A stretch of 40,000 bases of DNA from Clostridia bacterium (GTDB taxonomy: Bacteria > Bacillota > Clostridia > UMGS1840 > HGM11507), in NCBI GenBank assembly GCA_017554615.1, contig JAFZHY010000022.1, forward strand, positions 73,331-113,330, read 5' to 3'. Below the pieces are notes generated by a model that was given only the letters and a program-made list of their open reading frames with translations, had not been told where the DNA came from and ran no database searches. This document shows, one piece after another, positions 7,533 through 17,310 of this stretch. The translations under genes and the position numbers were made by a program. The first letter of the stretch is position 1. Every line of letters begins with the position of its first letter.

Positions 7533-9169
7533 AAAGTAAATCTGCGCTAAAATGGATAATAAATAATTCAAAATCAGTTGTAATTCAACTGGTTTTGTTA
7601 ACATTGATAAGCGCACTGACTGCTGTCTGCCTTGTAGGTTTTACATATTTTAGTAAGCAGGTTGTAGATATTGCTACCAAGTCATCTCATGGGAATTTTT
7701 TAAATAATATCATATGTCTTATATTCCTTATTGTTTTAGAACTTATATTGCATGTTGCATACAGCCGTCTTAGTATTAAAATAAGCGGTAAACTTGAAAT
7801 GAATATTAAAACCAATGTTTTTAATAAATTGCTTAAAAAGGATATTTCGGCTATCTACAATTATCATACAGGCGATTTATTAAACAGAATTACAGGGGAT
7901 ACTTTAGTTATCACAAATTCTTTTGTTAATATAGTTCCTCTTCTTGTTTCTCTTGTTACAAGGCTTACAGGTGCATTTATAATGTTATTCTGGCTGGATA
8001 AATATTTTGCACTTATCTATCTTGTTTGTGGTCCATTATTCTTTCTTACCACTCAGATTTACAGCAAAAAAATGAAATCTCTTCATAAAAAATGTCAGGA
8101 AACTGATGGAAAGGTTAAGTCTTACATTCAGGAAGCGCTTTCAAACATTCTTGTTATTAAAGCGTTTAAAACAGAAAATGCAATATCGAAAGAAACATTG
8201 GATATTCAGAAGGTTAATTACAATTATAAATTAAAAAGAAACACTATCAGTATAGTTGCCAATATATTTGTATATATAGCATTTACATTCGGATATTATT
8301 TTGCTCTTGGCTGGGGTGCATATAAATTATCTTTAAATTTAATTTCTGTTGGTACTCTAACAGCGATGCTTCAGTTAGTATCGCAGGTGCAAACTCCTCT
8401 AAAAGGTCTTTCAGGAATAATTCCTCAGTATTTCCATGCTATTGCATCCAGTGAAAGAATTATGGAAATCGAGGATTTAAAAGAAGATGAAATATCATTC
8501 TCTGACGAATATATAAACAGTTTTAAAGACGAAATCAAGTCAATAGTATTTTCGTCTGTAAACTTTAAATATGACGATAGAAACACAGTAATTGAAGATT
8601 TCTCATATGAAATAGGTGTGGGCGAATTTGTTGCCATAAGCGGAATTTCAGGCATAGGTAAAAGTACACTTTTAAAACTTCTTTTAGGTGTTATAAAACC
8701 ACTGACAGGGGAAATTTATTTTTTACTTAAAAATGGCGAAAAAGTTTATATAAACGAAAAAACAAGAGGCTTATTCTCCTATGTTCCTCAGGGGAATATG
8801 GTTTTATCAGGCTCAATAGAAGATAATATAAGATTTTTTAACGACTCTGTATCAGAAGATGAAATTAAAAGGGTATGTAAAATTTCAAAAGTGGATGATT
8901 TTCTATGTGATTTACCTGACGGTCTTAAAACCATAGTAGGAGAAAAAGGCGTGGGGCTTTCTGAAGGGCAGATTCAAAGGGTTGCAATAGCAAGAGCGCT
9001 TATTTCTGATGCTCAGTTTTTACTGCTTGATGAAGCAACTTCTGCACTTGATGAACAAACAGAAAAAGACTTTCTATGTGAAGTTAAAAAATTACATAGT
9101 AAAACCTGTATAATTATATCCCACAAACAAGCAGCGTTTGATATATGTGATAAAACAATTAAATTTTAA
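7529..9169 (+). CDS. ABC exporter, fused TMD-NBD half-transporter
   Basis: - ATGA overlap with the peptidase stop.
- N-terminal 6-TM ABC_membrane-type region.
- Walker A GISGIGKST, signature [15 protein letters not shown], Walker B FLLLDEATSALD.
- No N-terminal C39 peptidase domain. Confidence 0.9.
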   Translation: MKSKSALKWIINNSKSVVIQLVLLTLISALTAVCLVGFTYFSKQVVDIATKSSHGNFLNNIICLIFLIVLELILHVAYSRLSIKISGKLEMNIKTNVFNKLLKKDISAIYNYHTGDLLNRITGDTLVITNSFVNIVPLLVSLVTRLTGAFIMLFWLDKYFALIYLVCGPLFFLTTQIYSKKMKSLHKKCQETDGKVKSYIQEALSNILVIKAFKTENAISKETLDIQKVNYNYKLKRNTISIVANIFVYIAFTFGYYFALGWGAYKLSLNLISVGTLTAMLQLVSQVQTPLKGLSGIIPQYFHAIASSERIMEIEDLKEDEISFSDEYINSFKDEIKSIVFSSVNFKYDDRNTVIEDFSYEIGVGEFVAISGISGIGKSTLLKLLLGVIKPLTGEIYFLLKNGEKVYINEKTRGLFSYVPQGNMVLSGSIEDNIRFFNDSVSEDEIKRVCKISKVDDFLCDLPDGLKTIVGEKGVGLSEGQIQRVAIARALISDAQFLLLDEATSALDEQTEKDFLCEVKKLHSKTCIIISHKQAAFDICDKTIKF

Positions 9170-9181
9170 CAAGGTGATATT

Positions 9182-11401
9182 TTGACCGCAAACAAATTAG
9201 AAGAATTTGAAGGCATAGTTAACGAAATTATATATACAAATGAAGAAAACGGATACACTGTGGCAGAATTTTTAACATTGGATGAAACGATTACCATTGT
9301 AGGAATTCTGCCCTACATTTACGAGGGAGAAAACCTTAAAGTGATGGGTAATTTTACAAACCATCAGGACTATGGCGAGCAGTTTAAGGTTGAATACTAT
9401 ATAAAAAATATGCCTAAAACCAAAAGTTCTATATATGCCTTTTTATCCTCAGGAATAATTCGCGGGATAAGATGCGCTACTGCTAAAAAAATAGTGGATA
9501 AATTCGGAGAAAAAACTTTGGATATTATAGAAGAAAATCCAGGGCTTTTATCTCAAATAAAGGGAATATCATATGATAAAGCCTTGCAGATTGGCGAGTC
9601 ATACAAAGAGAAAAAAAGCGTTACAGATATAATAATGTTTTTGCAAAAATATAATATATCAATTAACCTTTCGATGAAAATAAGCAAAGTATTAGGAAAT
9701 TCTCCTATAAATAAAATTGAAGATAACCCGTATATATTATGCGAAAAAATTGACGGTATATCTTTTTTAACTGCAGACTCTATTGCTTCTCAAATGGGCT
9801 TTTTAAAAAACAATGTAAAGCGTATAAAAGCAGGGGTAAAATATGTTTTTCATAAAGGCGCATTAAATGGGCATACATACCTTAATGAAGAACTGATAGT
9901 TTCGTATTGTGAGAGTCAGCTTAATGTGTCAGAAACTGAAATTATAAATGCTCTCTTTACTCTTGTTACCGAGGGGGAAATTATAAAAGAAGTAAAAGAC
10001 GAAGCACTTTATTATCTTCCTCTTTATTATATGGCAGAAAATGATATTGCTAATAAACTTCTTTTTATGAATATCACAAAATCTAAAAATTTGTTTTATG
10101 AAAGAGTGTATGATGATATATATTCTCTTAATAATATAACACTTGCCGATAAACAAAAAGATGCAGTAAAAAAAGTATTGTCTAATAAAATAACAGTTAT
10201 TACAGGAGGCCCTGGTACAGGTAAAACAACTGTTATAAATTCTATAATCTCCATATTTGAAAAGTTAGGCAAAAAGGTTACATTAACTGCTCCGACAGGC
10301 AGAGCAGCAAAAAGAATGGCGCAGATATGTAATAAAGAAGCAAAAACTATTCACAGACTATTGGAGGTAACATTTAATAATGGCTTATCAAATGATAAGT
10401 TTGTTAAGTGTGAAAAAAATCCTATATATACAGATGTTTTAATAGTTGATGAAATGAGTATGGTGGATGTTCTTATTTTTAATTCTCTTTTAAAAGCAGT
10501 AAAGAACACCACACGCCTTGTTCTTGTGGGAGATATAAACCAACTTCCGTCAGTAGGAGCAGGTAATGTATTAAAAGATATTATAAATTCAGATAAATTT
10601 AATTGTGTATATCTTGACGAAATTTACCGTCAGGAAAAAGAAAGTATGATAGTTAATAATGCACACGGTATTTTAAAGGGAGAGTATCCTGAAACATCAG
10701 GTAAAAATTCTGATTATTTTATGATTAAAAAAAGCGAAACACAAGATATAATTTCAGAAATTATTTCTCTTTGTAAGGACAGGCTTCCTAATTACTTTGA
10801 AGGAAAAAAAGAACTGTCAATTCAGGTTTTATCGCCTATGAAAAAAACTCATCTTGGCACAATATCTCTTAATAATATTTTGCAAAATGAGTTAAACCCG
10901 CCTTCCAAATATAAAAAAGAAAAACAGTGGGGAAAATATATCTTAAGAGAGGGCGATAAAATAATTCAGACAAGAAATAACTATGATATCCCATGGCAAA
11001 CTCCGTGGGGAGAAAAAGGTATCGGTGTATTTAACGGAGATACAGGGACAATAAAAGAAATAAATAATAAAGAAAAATATATTGTTATTGAATTTTATGA
11101 CGGGAAAATTGCAGAATATGAATTTTCAAATCTTGAAGATATAGACCTTGCATACGCTATAACTGTTCATAAAAGTCAGGGTAGTGAGTTTGACGCTATA
11201 ATTATTCCGTCATATTACGGGCCTAAAAATCTTATGTACAGAAATTTATTCTATACAGCACTTACAAGGGCTAAAAGCCTTGTTGTAGTAGTTGGAAGCG
11301 AAAATGTCGTAAAACTTATGATTGATAATAACATTGAAGCAAAAAGACTTACTTCCTTAAAGGATAAAATAATAAATAACAAAATTTTTGGAGCAGAGTA
11401 A
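9182..11401 (+). CDS. recD2: RecD2-type SF1B ATP-dependent DNA helicase
   Basis: 739 aa with a TTG start and RBS aaggtga. Motifs: Walker A GGPGTGKTT, LIVDEMSMVD, VGDINQLPSVGAG, ITVHKSQGSEF. The N-terminal HhH region is typical of Firmicutes RecD2. Confidence 0.9.
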   Translation: MTANKLEEFEGIVNEIIYTNEENGYTVAEFLTLDETITIVGILPYIYEGENLKVMGNFTNHQDYGEQFKVEYYIKNMPKTKSSIYAFLSSGIIRGIRCATAKKIVDKFGEKTLDIIEENPGLLSQIKGISYDKALQIGESYKEKKSVTDIIMFLQKYNISINLSMKISKVLGNSPINKIEDNPYILCEKIDGISFLTADSIASQMGFLKNNVKRIKAGVKYVFHKGALNGHTYLNEELIVSYCESQLNVSETEIINALFTLVTEGEIIKEVKDEALYYLPLYYMAENDIANKLLFMNITKSKNLFYERVYDDIYSLNNITLADKQKDAVKKVLSNKITVITGGPGTGKTTVINSIISIFEKLGKKVTLTAPTGRAAKRMAQICNKEAKTIHRLLEVTFNNGLSNDKFVKCEKNPIYTDVLIVDEMSMVDVLIFNSLLKAVKNTTRLVLVGDINQLPSVGAGNVLKDIINSDKFNCVYLDEIYRQEKESMIVNNAHGILKGEYPETSGKNSDYFMIKKSETQDIISEIISLCKDRLPNYFEGKKELSIQVLSPMKKTHLGTISLNNILQNELNPPSKYKKEKQWGKYILREGDKIIQTRNNYDIPWQTPWGEKGIGVFNGDTGTIKEINNKEKYIVIEFYDGKIAEYEFSNLEDIDLAYAITVHKSQGSEFDAIIIPSYYGPKNLMYRNLFYTALTRAKSLVVVVGSENVVKLMIDNNIEAKRLTSLKDKIINNKIFGAE

Positions 11402-11405
11402 AAGT

Positions 11406-12113
11406 ATGAATATTTTTAAATTTTTCCTTAATATATTTTATCCGAAAAGATGTATGTTTTGCGGTAAACTTATAGATAATAATGAAGAATACTACTGTTT
11501 AAAATGTTACTATAAATTACCGTTTGTTGAGGAGAAAAGATGCCTTATATGCGGAAGAGAGTTATTTGGAGAAAGTAAACTTTGCGCTCATTGTAAGGAG
11601 CATAAAAGATATATAGATGCAAACTATCCTGTATTTGTATATAAAGGTCTTATCAAAGAGGCTCTTTTAAAATATAAGTTCAAGGGTAAAATGTGGTATT
11701 TTAAGCCTTTCTCTTGCTTTTTATATGAAGAAATAAAGGATAAGGTAAGTAATATTGACTGTATTGTATATCCACCAATAAATAAAAAGACATTTTATAA
11801 AAGAGGTTATAATCAATCAGAACTTATTGCTAAAGAACTATCCCAAAAACTTAATATAAAAATGTTAAATAAATGTATTCTTAAAACGAGAGATAATGAA
11901 AAGCAAAGTCTTATGAGTGGTAAAATGAGATATAAGAATGTAAAAGGCGTCTTTAAGATTGATGAAAAATATAAAAATGAACTTAAAGGTAAGCGTGTCC
12001 TTTTTATTGATGATATTTTAACAACAGGCGCAACTGCCGACGAATGTGCAAAAATGCTTAAAAAAGCAGGAGCACTTTCGGTTGTATCGTCAACATTATG
12101 TATAGCATCCTAA
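11406..12113 (+). CDS. comFC: ComF family protein (ComFC-like phosphoribosyltransferase-fold)
   Basis: Two Cys pairs form a zinc ribbon (CMFCGK...CLKC; CLICGR...CAHC). The PRTase motif is RVLFIDDILTTGAT. I prefer the ATG at 11406. The track's TTG at 11388 is an alternative that overlaps the recD2 stop. Confidence 0.85.
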   Translation: MNIFKFFLNIFYPKRCMFCGKLIDNNEEYYCLKCYYKLPFVEEKRCLICGRELFGESKLCAHCKEHKRYIDANYPVFVYKGLIKEALLKYKFKGKMWYFKPFSCFLYEEIKDKVSNIDCIVYPPINKKTFYKRGYNQSELIAKELSQKLNIKMLNKCILKTRDNEKQSLMSGKMRYKNVKGVFKIDEKYKNELKGKRVLFIDDILTTGATADECAKMLKKAGALSVVSSTLCIAS

Positions 12114-12140
12114 AAAAATGTAAAAATTTTTAAAAATTAC

Positions 12141-12169
12141 TTGTATTTTTATAAATTGTGTGATAAAAT
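12141..12169 (+). promoter_or_regulatory. Putative sigma-A promoter for secG-rnr
   Basis: TTGTAT (12141-12146), a 17-nt spacer, then TGaTAAAAT (12161-12169). The -10 element lies inside the track's longer ORF, which favours the shorter secG start. Confidence 0.5.
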
Positions 12170-12204
12170 ACTTTAAGTTGATAATTTTTATGGAGGTATA
12201 TATT

Positions 12205-12438
12205 ATGGTAACTGCTCTTTATGTTATTCAGATAGTAGTATGTTTAGTTCTTATAATCAGTGTATTATTACAGGAAGGTAATTCAGCTGGTTTATCCGGA
12301 AGTATTGCTGGCGGCGCTGAAACATTTTTCGGCAAAGGAAAAAGTAAAACATTAAACGGTATTTTCAAATCTTTTACAAAAGTTTTTGCCGTTTTATTTG
12401 TTGTTTTATCTTTAGTTTTAACTTTAATTTCTAAATAA
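12205..12438 (+). CDS. secG: Preprotein translocase subunit SecG
   Basis: 77 aa counted from the ATG at 12205, which sits 8 nt after ggagg. There are two TM helices flanking LLQEGNSAGLSGSIAGGAETFFGKGK, the SecG signature loop. Confidence 0.85.
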   Translation: MVTALYVIQIVVCLVLIISVLLQEGNSAGLSGSIAGGAETFFGKGKSKTLNGIFKSFTKVFAVLFVVLSLVLTLISK

Positions 12439-12471
12439 TTTATAAGTCCGGAAAAATAATTTTGTGTTTAT

Positions 12472-12506
12472 AAGCTTCGTCGTCCTGATGAAGCTTTTTT
12501 GTTTTT
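12472..12506 (+). terminator. Rho-independent terminator after secG
   Basis: 10-bp stem aagcttcgtc / gatgaagctt (one G-U pair) with loop gtcct, followed by tttttgttttt. Confidence 0.75.
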
Positions 12507-12523
12507 AAAAAATAAGGAGAAAT

Positions 12524-14632
12524 ATGACAAGAAAAGAAAAATTATTAAATTTTATAAAAGATAATAAGTTTACACCTTTTTCATATAATGAACTGGCTTT
12601 GATGCTTGATGTAAGAGAAGAAGATTTATATGAACTTACCAGACTTTTAGATGAACTTCTCTCCGATAAAAAGGTAACTCTTACCAAGAAGAAAAGATAT
12701 AAATACAATGAAGAAAACGATTTATATGATGGAGAATTTATAGGCCACGATAAAGGGTATGGCTTTATTGTATCAAAAGACTTTGAAAAAGATTTCTTTG
12801 TATCTAAAGAAAACAGAAAGAATGCCTTAAATAAAGATGTTGTAAAGTTTAAAATTATAAGACAGGCATCAGACGAAAAACGCGCAGAAGCAGAAATTGT
12901 AAGCGTTTTAGAGAGAAAAAACCAATCAGTTGTGGGCACATTTTGCAAGAATAAAAATTTTGGCTTTGTAATAGCAGACGATAAGAAATTTGATAAGGAT
13001 ATTTTTATATCAAAAAAGAATTGTTCCTATGCAAAAGACAAGGATAAAGTGGTGTGTCAGATTATTGATTTTGGTAAAGAGGGAAGAAAACCTGAAGGGA
13101 AAATTGTTGAAGTTATTGGCGATTTTTTTGATAAAGGAAATGATGTTCTCTCGGTTATTAAAAAGTATGATTTACCGTATATATTCCCGAAAAAAGTTAT
13201 AGAAGATGCAAAGATTATAAATAAAGAAGTTGGCGTTGATAAAATTAAAGAAAGACTGGATTTAAGGGATAAACTTATAATTACTATTGACGGAGAAGAT
13301 GCAAAAGATTTAGACGATGCAATATCCATATCAAAAATTGAAGATAACACCTATATCCTTGGCGTTCATATAGCAGATGTAAGTTCCTATGTTAAAGAGG
13401 GAAGCGAAATAGATAAAGAAGCGTATAAAAGGGGAACAAGTGTATATCTTGCAGACAGAGTTGTCCCTATGCTTCCCAAAGAACTTTCCAATGGAATATG
13501 CAGTCTTCATCCGTCGGTTGACAGACTCGCTATGTCAGTTTTTATGACGGTTGACAGTAAGGGTAATATAATAAATTATGACTTTAAAGAAACTGTTATA
13601 AATTCTAAATACAGAATGACTTATAAAGAAGTTACAGATATTTTGGAAAACGGGAAAAAGTGTGATAAAAAACTCTATTCTCTTCTTTCGAATATGAAGT
13701 CATTGGCTGAAATTCTAAGGCGAAAAAGAAAAATGAGAGGAAGCCTTGATTTTGATTTTCCTGAATGTAAAATTATATATGATGAAAATAATTTCCCTGT
13801 GGAGATTACAAAGTATAATTTAACTATTGCAAACTATATAATCGAAGAGTTTATGCTTCTCGCAAACGAAACTGTCGCAGAGTATATTTACTGGCAGAAT
13901 AAACCTATGATTTACAGAATTCACGAAGAGCCTGACCCTGAAAAAATTGATAAATTCAAGGTTTTTATTAAAAATTTAGGCTACACATTAAAGGGTGGCA
14001 ATGACGGTATTCATCCAAAAACTCTATTGGAACTATTGGAAAAAATCAAAGGGGATAAGAGTGAAAAAATTATTCAGACAATTATGTTAAGGTCTTTGAT
14101 GAAAGCGAGATATTCGCCTGAAAATAAAGGGCATTTCGGCCTTTCAAGTAAATTTTACTGTCATTTTACATCTCCTATAAGAAGATATCCTGACCTTTTA
14201 GTTCACAGAATTTTAAAGAAAATTTTAAATAATGAACTAAATGAAAATGAAATTGAAAGGTACACTTCATATATAGATAAAGCAGCCGAGCACACATCTG
14301 AAAGAGAGAGAATTGCAGAGCAAAGCGAAAGAGAAACGGAAGATATTAAGAAAGCAATTTATATGAGCGAAAGAATAGGCTTAGAATTTGAAGGGATTGT
14401 TTCCTCTGTTACAGGTTTTGGAATTTTCGTTGAACTTGATAATACTGTTGAAGGGCTTGTAAGATACGAAAATATATATGACGATTTCTACATTTATGAC
14501 GAAAAAAACCACTCGGTAACAGGAGAGAGAAAAGGCAAAAGATATACCATAGGAGACAGGGTTTTAATTAAAGTTATAAATTCTAATCCGCAACTTATGG
14601 AAATAGACTTTGAACTTATAAAAAAAATATAA
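12524..14632 (+). CDS. rnr: Ribonuclease R
   Basis: 702 aa. Cold-shock/OB N-terminal domains are present (GYGFIV, FGFVIADD). RNB catalytic motifs are TIDGEDAKDLDDAIS and HFGL...YCHFTSPIRRYPDL. The C-terminal S1 domain contains GIVSSVTGFGIFVEL. Confidence 0.95.
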   Translation: MTRKEKLLNFIKDNKFTPFSYNELALMLDVREEDLYELTRLLDELLSDKKVTLTKKKRYKYNEENDLYDGEFIGHDKGYGFIVSKDFEKDFFVSKENRKNALNKDVVKFKIIRQASDEKRAEAEIVSVLERKNQSVVGTFCKNKNFGFVIADDKKFDKDIFISKKNCSYAKDKDKVVCQIIDFGKEGRKPEGKIVEVIGDFFDKGNDVLSVIKKYDLPYIFPKKVIEDAKIINKEVGVDKIKERLDLRDKLIITIDGEDAKDLDDAISISKIEDNTYILGVHIADVSSYVKEGSEIDKEAYKRGTSVYLADRVVPMLPKELSNGICSLHPSVDRLAMSVFMTVDSKGNIINYDFKETVINSKYRMTYKEVTDILENGKKCDKKLYSLLSNMKSLAEILRRKRKMRGSLDFDFPECKIIYDENNFPVEITKYNLTIANYIIEEFMLLANETVAEYIYWQNKPMIYRIHEEPDPEKIDKFKVFIKNLGYTLKGGNDGIHPKTLLELLEKIKGDKSEKIIQTIMLRSLMKARYSPENKGHFGLSSKFYCHFTSPIRRYPDLLVHRILKKILNNELNENEIERYTSYIDKAAEHTSERERIAEQSERETEDIKKAIYMSERIGLEFEGIVSSVTGFGIFVELDNTVEGLVRYENIYDDFYIYDEKNHSVTGERKGKRYTIGDRVLIKVINSNPQLMEIDFELIKKI

Positions 14633-14641
14633 GAATTTTTT

Positions 14642-14670
14642 AAAAAAGCCTTTTATTTAAGGCTTTTTTA
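14642..14670 (+). terminator. Rho-independent terminator after rnr
   Basis: Stem aaaagcctt / aaggctttt with loop ttattt, running into a T-run. Confidence 0.7.
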
Positions 14671-14719
14671 TGTTATAATATTTTATCAATATATTACCAT
14701 TTAAAAAAGAGGTTTTTGT

Positions 14720-15589
14720 ATGTGGTTGGCAGATAATTGGAATGATTATAAAATACTTGATACATGTAACGGAGAAAAACTTGAGCGTTGGGGGGAATAT
14801 GTGTTTATCCGTCCTGATCCTCAGGTTATCTGGAACTTAAAAAATAACGAATCTTTATGGAAAAGTGCTCATGGAAGATATATAAGAAGCAGTAAAGGCG
14901 GAGGCAGTTGGGATATAAGCGCAAAAAAACTTCCTGACAGTTGGAAGATATCCTATAAAGACCTTAAATTTATTGTTAAGCCGACTGGGTTTAAACATAC
15001 AGGGCTTTTCCCTGAACAGGCAGCAAACTGGGATTTCATTATGGAAAAGATTGAAAATGCCAACAGGGAAGTTAAAGTTCTTAATTTATTCGGATATACA
15101 GGCGGAGCAACAGTTGCAGCACTATCCAAAGGCGCAAGTGTATGTCATGTTGACGCATCAAAAGGCATTATGAACTGGTGCAAAGATAACGTATATGCTA
15201 ATGGGTTTGAAGACAGAAAAATAAGATATATTGTTGATGATGCAGTTAAATTTGTTGAAAGGGAAATCCGCAGAGGCAATACATATGATGCAGTTATTAT
15301 GGACCCTCCGTCATACGGAAGAGGGCCTAACGGAGAAATTTGGAAACTGGAAGATAAAATTTATGACTTAACAGCGCTTTTAACAGATGTTCTTTCAGAC
15401 AACCCGTTGTTCTTTATTGTAAATTCATACACAACAGGTTTTGCACCTACTGTGCTCTACAATATTTTATCAATGACAGTTAATAAAAAATATAAAGGCA
15501 AAGTTACTGCTAAGGAACTTGGAATTCCTGTTGAAAATTCCCCTTATATACTTCCTTGCGGTTCAACCGGAAGATGGGAAGCATTATAA
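14720..15589 (+). CDS. Class I SAM-dependent methyltransferase (RlmI/RlmK C-terminal domain-like, no PUA domain)
   Basis: Motif I VLNLFGYTGGATVAA and motif IV AVIMDPPSYGRG. The layout resembles the PF10672-type rRNA/large-substrate methyltransferases. Confidence 0.8.
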   Translation: MWLADNWNDYKILDTCNGEKLERWGEYVFIRPDPQVIWNLKNNESLWKSAHGRYIRSSKGGGSWDISAKKLPDSWKISYKDLKFIVKPTGFKHTGLFPEQAANWDFIMEKIENANREVKVLNLFGYTGGATVAALSKGASVCHVDASKGIMNWCKDNVYANGFEDRKIRYIVDDAVKFVEREIRRGNTYDAVIMDPPSYGRGPNGEIWKLEDKIYDLTALLTDVLSDNPLFFIVNSYTTGFAPTVLYNILSMTVNKKYKGKVTAKELGIPVENSPYILPCGSTGRWEAL

Positions 15590-15607
15590 AAACCGGAGGC
15601 TTATAAA

Positions 15608-16453
15608 TTGGATAATATCATAGAAACCAAAGATTTAACATATGGGTATAACGAAAAAGAATATACCACTGTTTTTGAAAAACTTAATATATCGGTAAAA
15701 AAAGGAGAATTCCTTTGTATTTTAGGTCATAACGGTTCAGGAAAATCTACACTTGCCAAGCATTTTAACGGTATACTTCTTCCAAGTGGCGGAGTATGCT
15801 ATGTTAACGGTATTGACACTAAAGACGAAAAGAAAATCTTTGATGTAAGAAAAAATGTGGGAATGGTTTTTCAGAATCCTGATAATCAACTTGTTGCTAC
15901 AACAGTTGAAGATGATGTTGCCTTCGCTCTTGAAAATCTTGGTGTTGAGCCTGAAGTTATAAGAGAAAGGGTTGACGAGGCGTTAAAGTCGGTTGGTTTA
16001 TTTAACAGGCAAAAGGATGCCCCGCATAAATTATCAGGAGGGCAGAAACAAAGAGTTGCTATCGCAGGTGTAATTGCACTTCGTCCTCAGTGCATTGTTC
16101 TTGATGAGCCTACTGCTATGCTTGACCCGTCAGGCAGAAAAGAAGTTATAGATACACTGATTAGGCTTAATAAAGAATATTCGCTTACTATTATTTTAAT
16201 AACTCACTATATGGAGGAAGCAATAGAAGCAGACAGAGTTGTCGTTTTAGATAACGGTGAAATACTTCTTGATGACTCTCCTAAAAAGATATTTGAAAAT
16301 GTGGCTTTGATAAAATCGGTTGGTTTAGATGTTCCTCAGACAACAGAACTTTTATACGAACTGTATAAAGACGGTGTAAAAGTTTCTTTTGAAAATCTCA
16401 CAGTTGATGAATGCGTTATGGAACTTACAAAATTATTGGAGGGAACAAAGTGA
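15608..16453 (+). CDS. ecfA1: Energy-coupling factor (ECF) transporter ATPase EcfA1
   Basis: TTG start 8 nt after ggagg. Motifs: [35 protein letters not shown]. It is followed by a second ATPase and EcfT. Confidence 0.9.
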   Translation: MDNIIETKDLTYGYNEKEYTTVFEKLNISVKKGEFLCILGHNGSGKSTLAKHFNGILLPSGGVCYVNGIDTKDEKKIFDVRKNVGMVFQNPDNQLVATTVEDDVAFALENLGVEPEVIRERVDEALKSVGLFNRQKDAPHKLSGGQKQRVAIAGVIALRPQCIVLDEPTAMLDPSGRKEVIDTLIRLNKEYSLTIILITHYMEEAIEADRVVVLDNGEILLDDSPKKIFENVALIKSVGLDVPQTTELLYELYKDGVKVSFENLTVDECVMELTKLLEGTK

Positions 16454-17310
16454 TATTAGAGATTAAAAATTTATCTCACACATATATGCCCGGCACTGCT
16501 TTTTCCACAAGCGCTGTAAAAAATATAAATCTTACCGTTAATCAGGGAGAATTTATCGGACTCATAGGACACAGTGGGTCAGGTAAGTCTACTTTAATAC
16601 AGCATTTAAACGGTCTTTTAAAAGGTAATGACGGTCAAATTTTACTTGACGGTAAAGATATTTTTGAAAATAAAAACACACTCAAGAGTCTTCGTTTTAG
16701 AGTTGGGCTGGTTTTTCAGTATCCCGAAGCACAGTTGTTTGAAGAAACAGTCTTTGATGATATAGCATTCGGCCCTCGTAATATGGGTCTATGCGAGGAA
16801 GAAGTTAAAGAAAGGGTTAATGAGGCAATCTCTTTATGTGAAATAAAAGATGAGCATCTTGATAAATCGCCTTTTGATTTATCAGGTGGGCAAAAAAGAA
16901 GAGTGGCAATTGCAGGTGTTATCGCAATGAAGCCTGAGATTCTTATACTTGACGAGCCGACAGCAGGGCTTGACCCGAAAGGAAGAAAGAAGATATTATC
17001 AAGTATAAAAACACTTCATAAAAAAACAAATATGACGGTTATTTTAGTTTCTCACAGTATGGAAGACATTGCAAACAATGTTGACAGAATTGTTGTAATG
17101 AATAATGGAGAAATTGTTATGGACGCTTCTCAAAAAGAAGTGTTTTCACGAAGTGAAGAACTTGAAAAAATCGGTCTTAGTGTTCCTCAAGTTTCAAAAG
17201 TTTTTTCAAAACTTAAAAAAAAGGGGTATGATATTCCTGATGATGTGTATACCATTGACAGAGCAAAGGAAGTCATTTTAAATCTCCTTAAAAGGGGGGG
17301 AAGTATATGA
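16450..17310 (+). CDS. ecfA2: ECF transporter ATPase EcfA2
   Basis: I prefer the GTG at 16450, which forms a GTGA overlap with the ecfA1 stop and has RBS ggaggg. The track's start at 16411 would overlap ecfA1 by 43 nt. Motifs: [35 protein letters not shown]. Confidence 0.9.
   Translation: MILEIKNLSHTYMPGTAFSTSAVKNINLTVNQGEFIGLIGHSGSGKSTLIQHLNGLLKGNDGQILLDGKDIFENKNTLKSLRFRVGLVFQYPEAQLFEETVFDDIAFGPRNMGLCEEEVKERVNEAISLCEIKDEHLDKSPFDLSGGQKRRVAIAGVIAMKPEILILDEPTAGLDPKGRKKILSSIKTLHKKTNMTVILVSHSMEDIANNVDRIVVMNNGEIVMDASQKEVFSRSEELEKIGLSVPQVSKVFSKLKKKGYDIPDDVYTIDRAKEVILNLLKRGGSI

Noticed and set aside
5947-9169. Calling the cassette a lasso-peptide biosynthetic cluster, because HprK-like kinase + PqqD + ABC exporter recalls paeninodin-type loci
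   Set aside because: The window contains no asparagine-synthetase-like macrolactam synthetase, no transglutaminase-like B2 protease and no precursor gene. The similarity is limited to accessory components.
9182-12113. RecD-like helicase next to an ABC ATPase as a possible anti-phage defence module
   Set aside because: The helicase has the full housekeeping RecD2 architecture. It is followed by comFC, a common core-genome pairing in Firmicutes. No nuclease, TIR, Sir2 or other effector-type domain is nearby.
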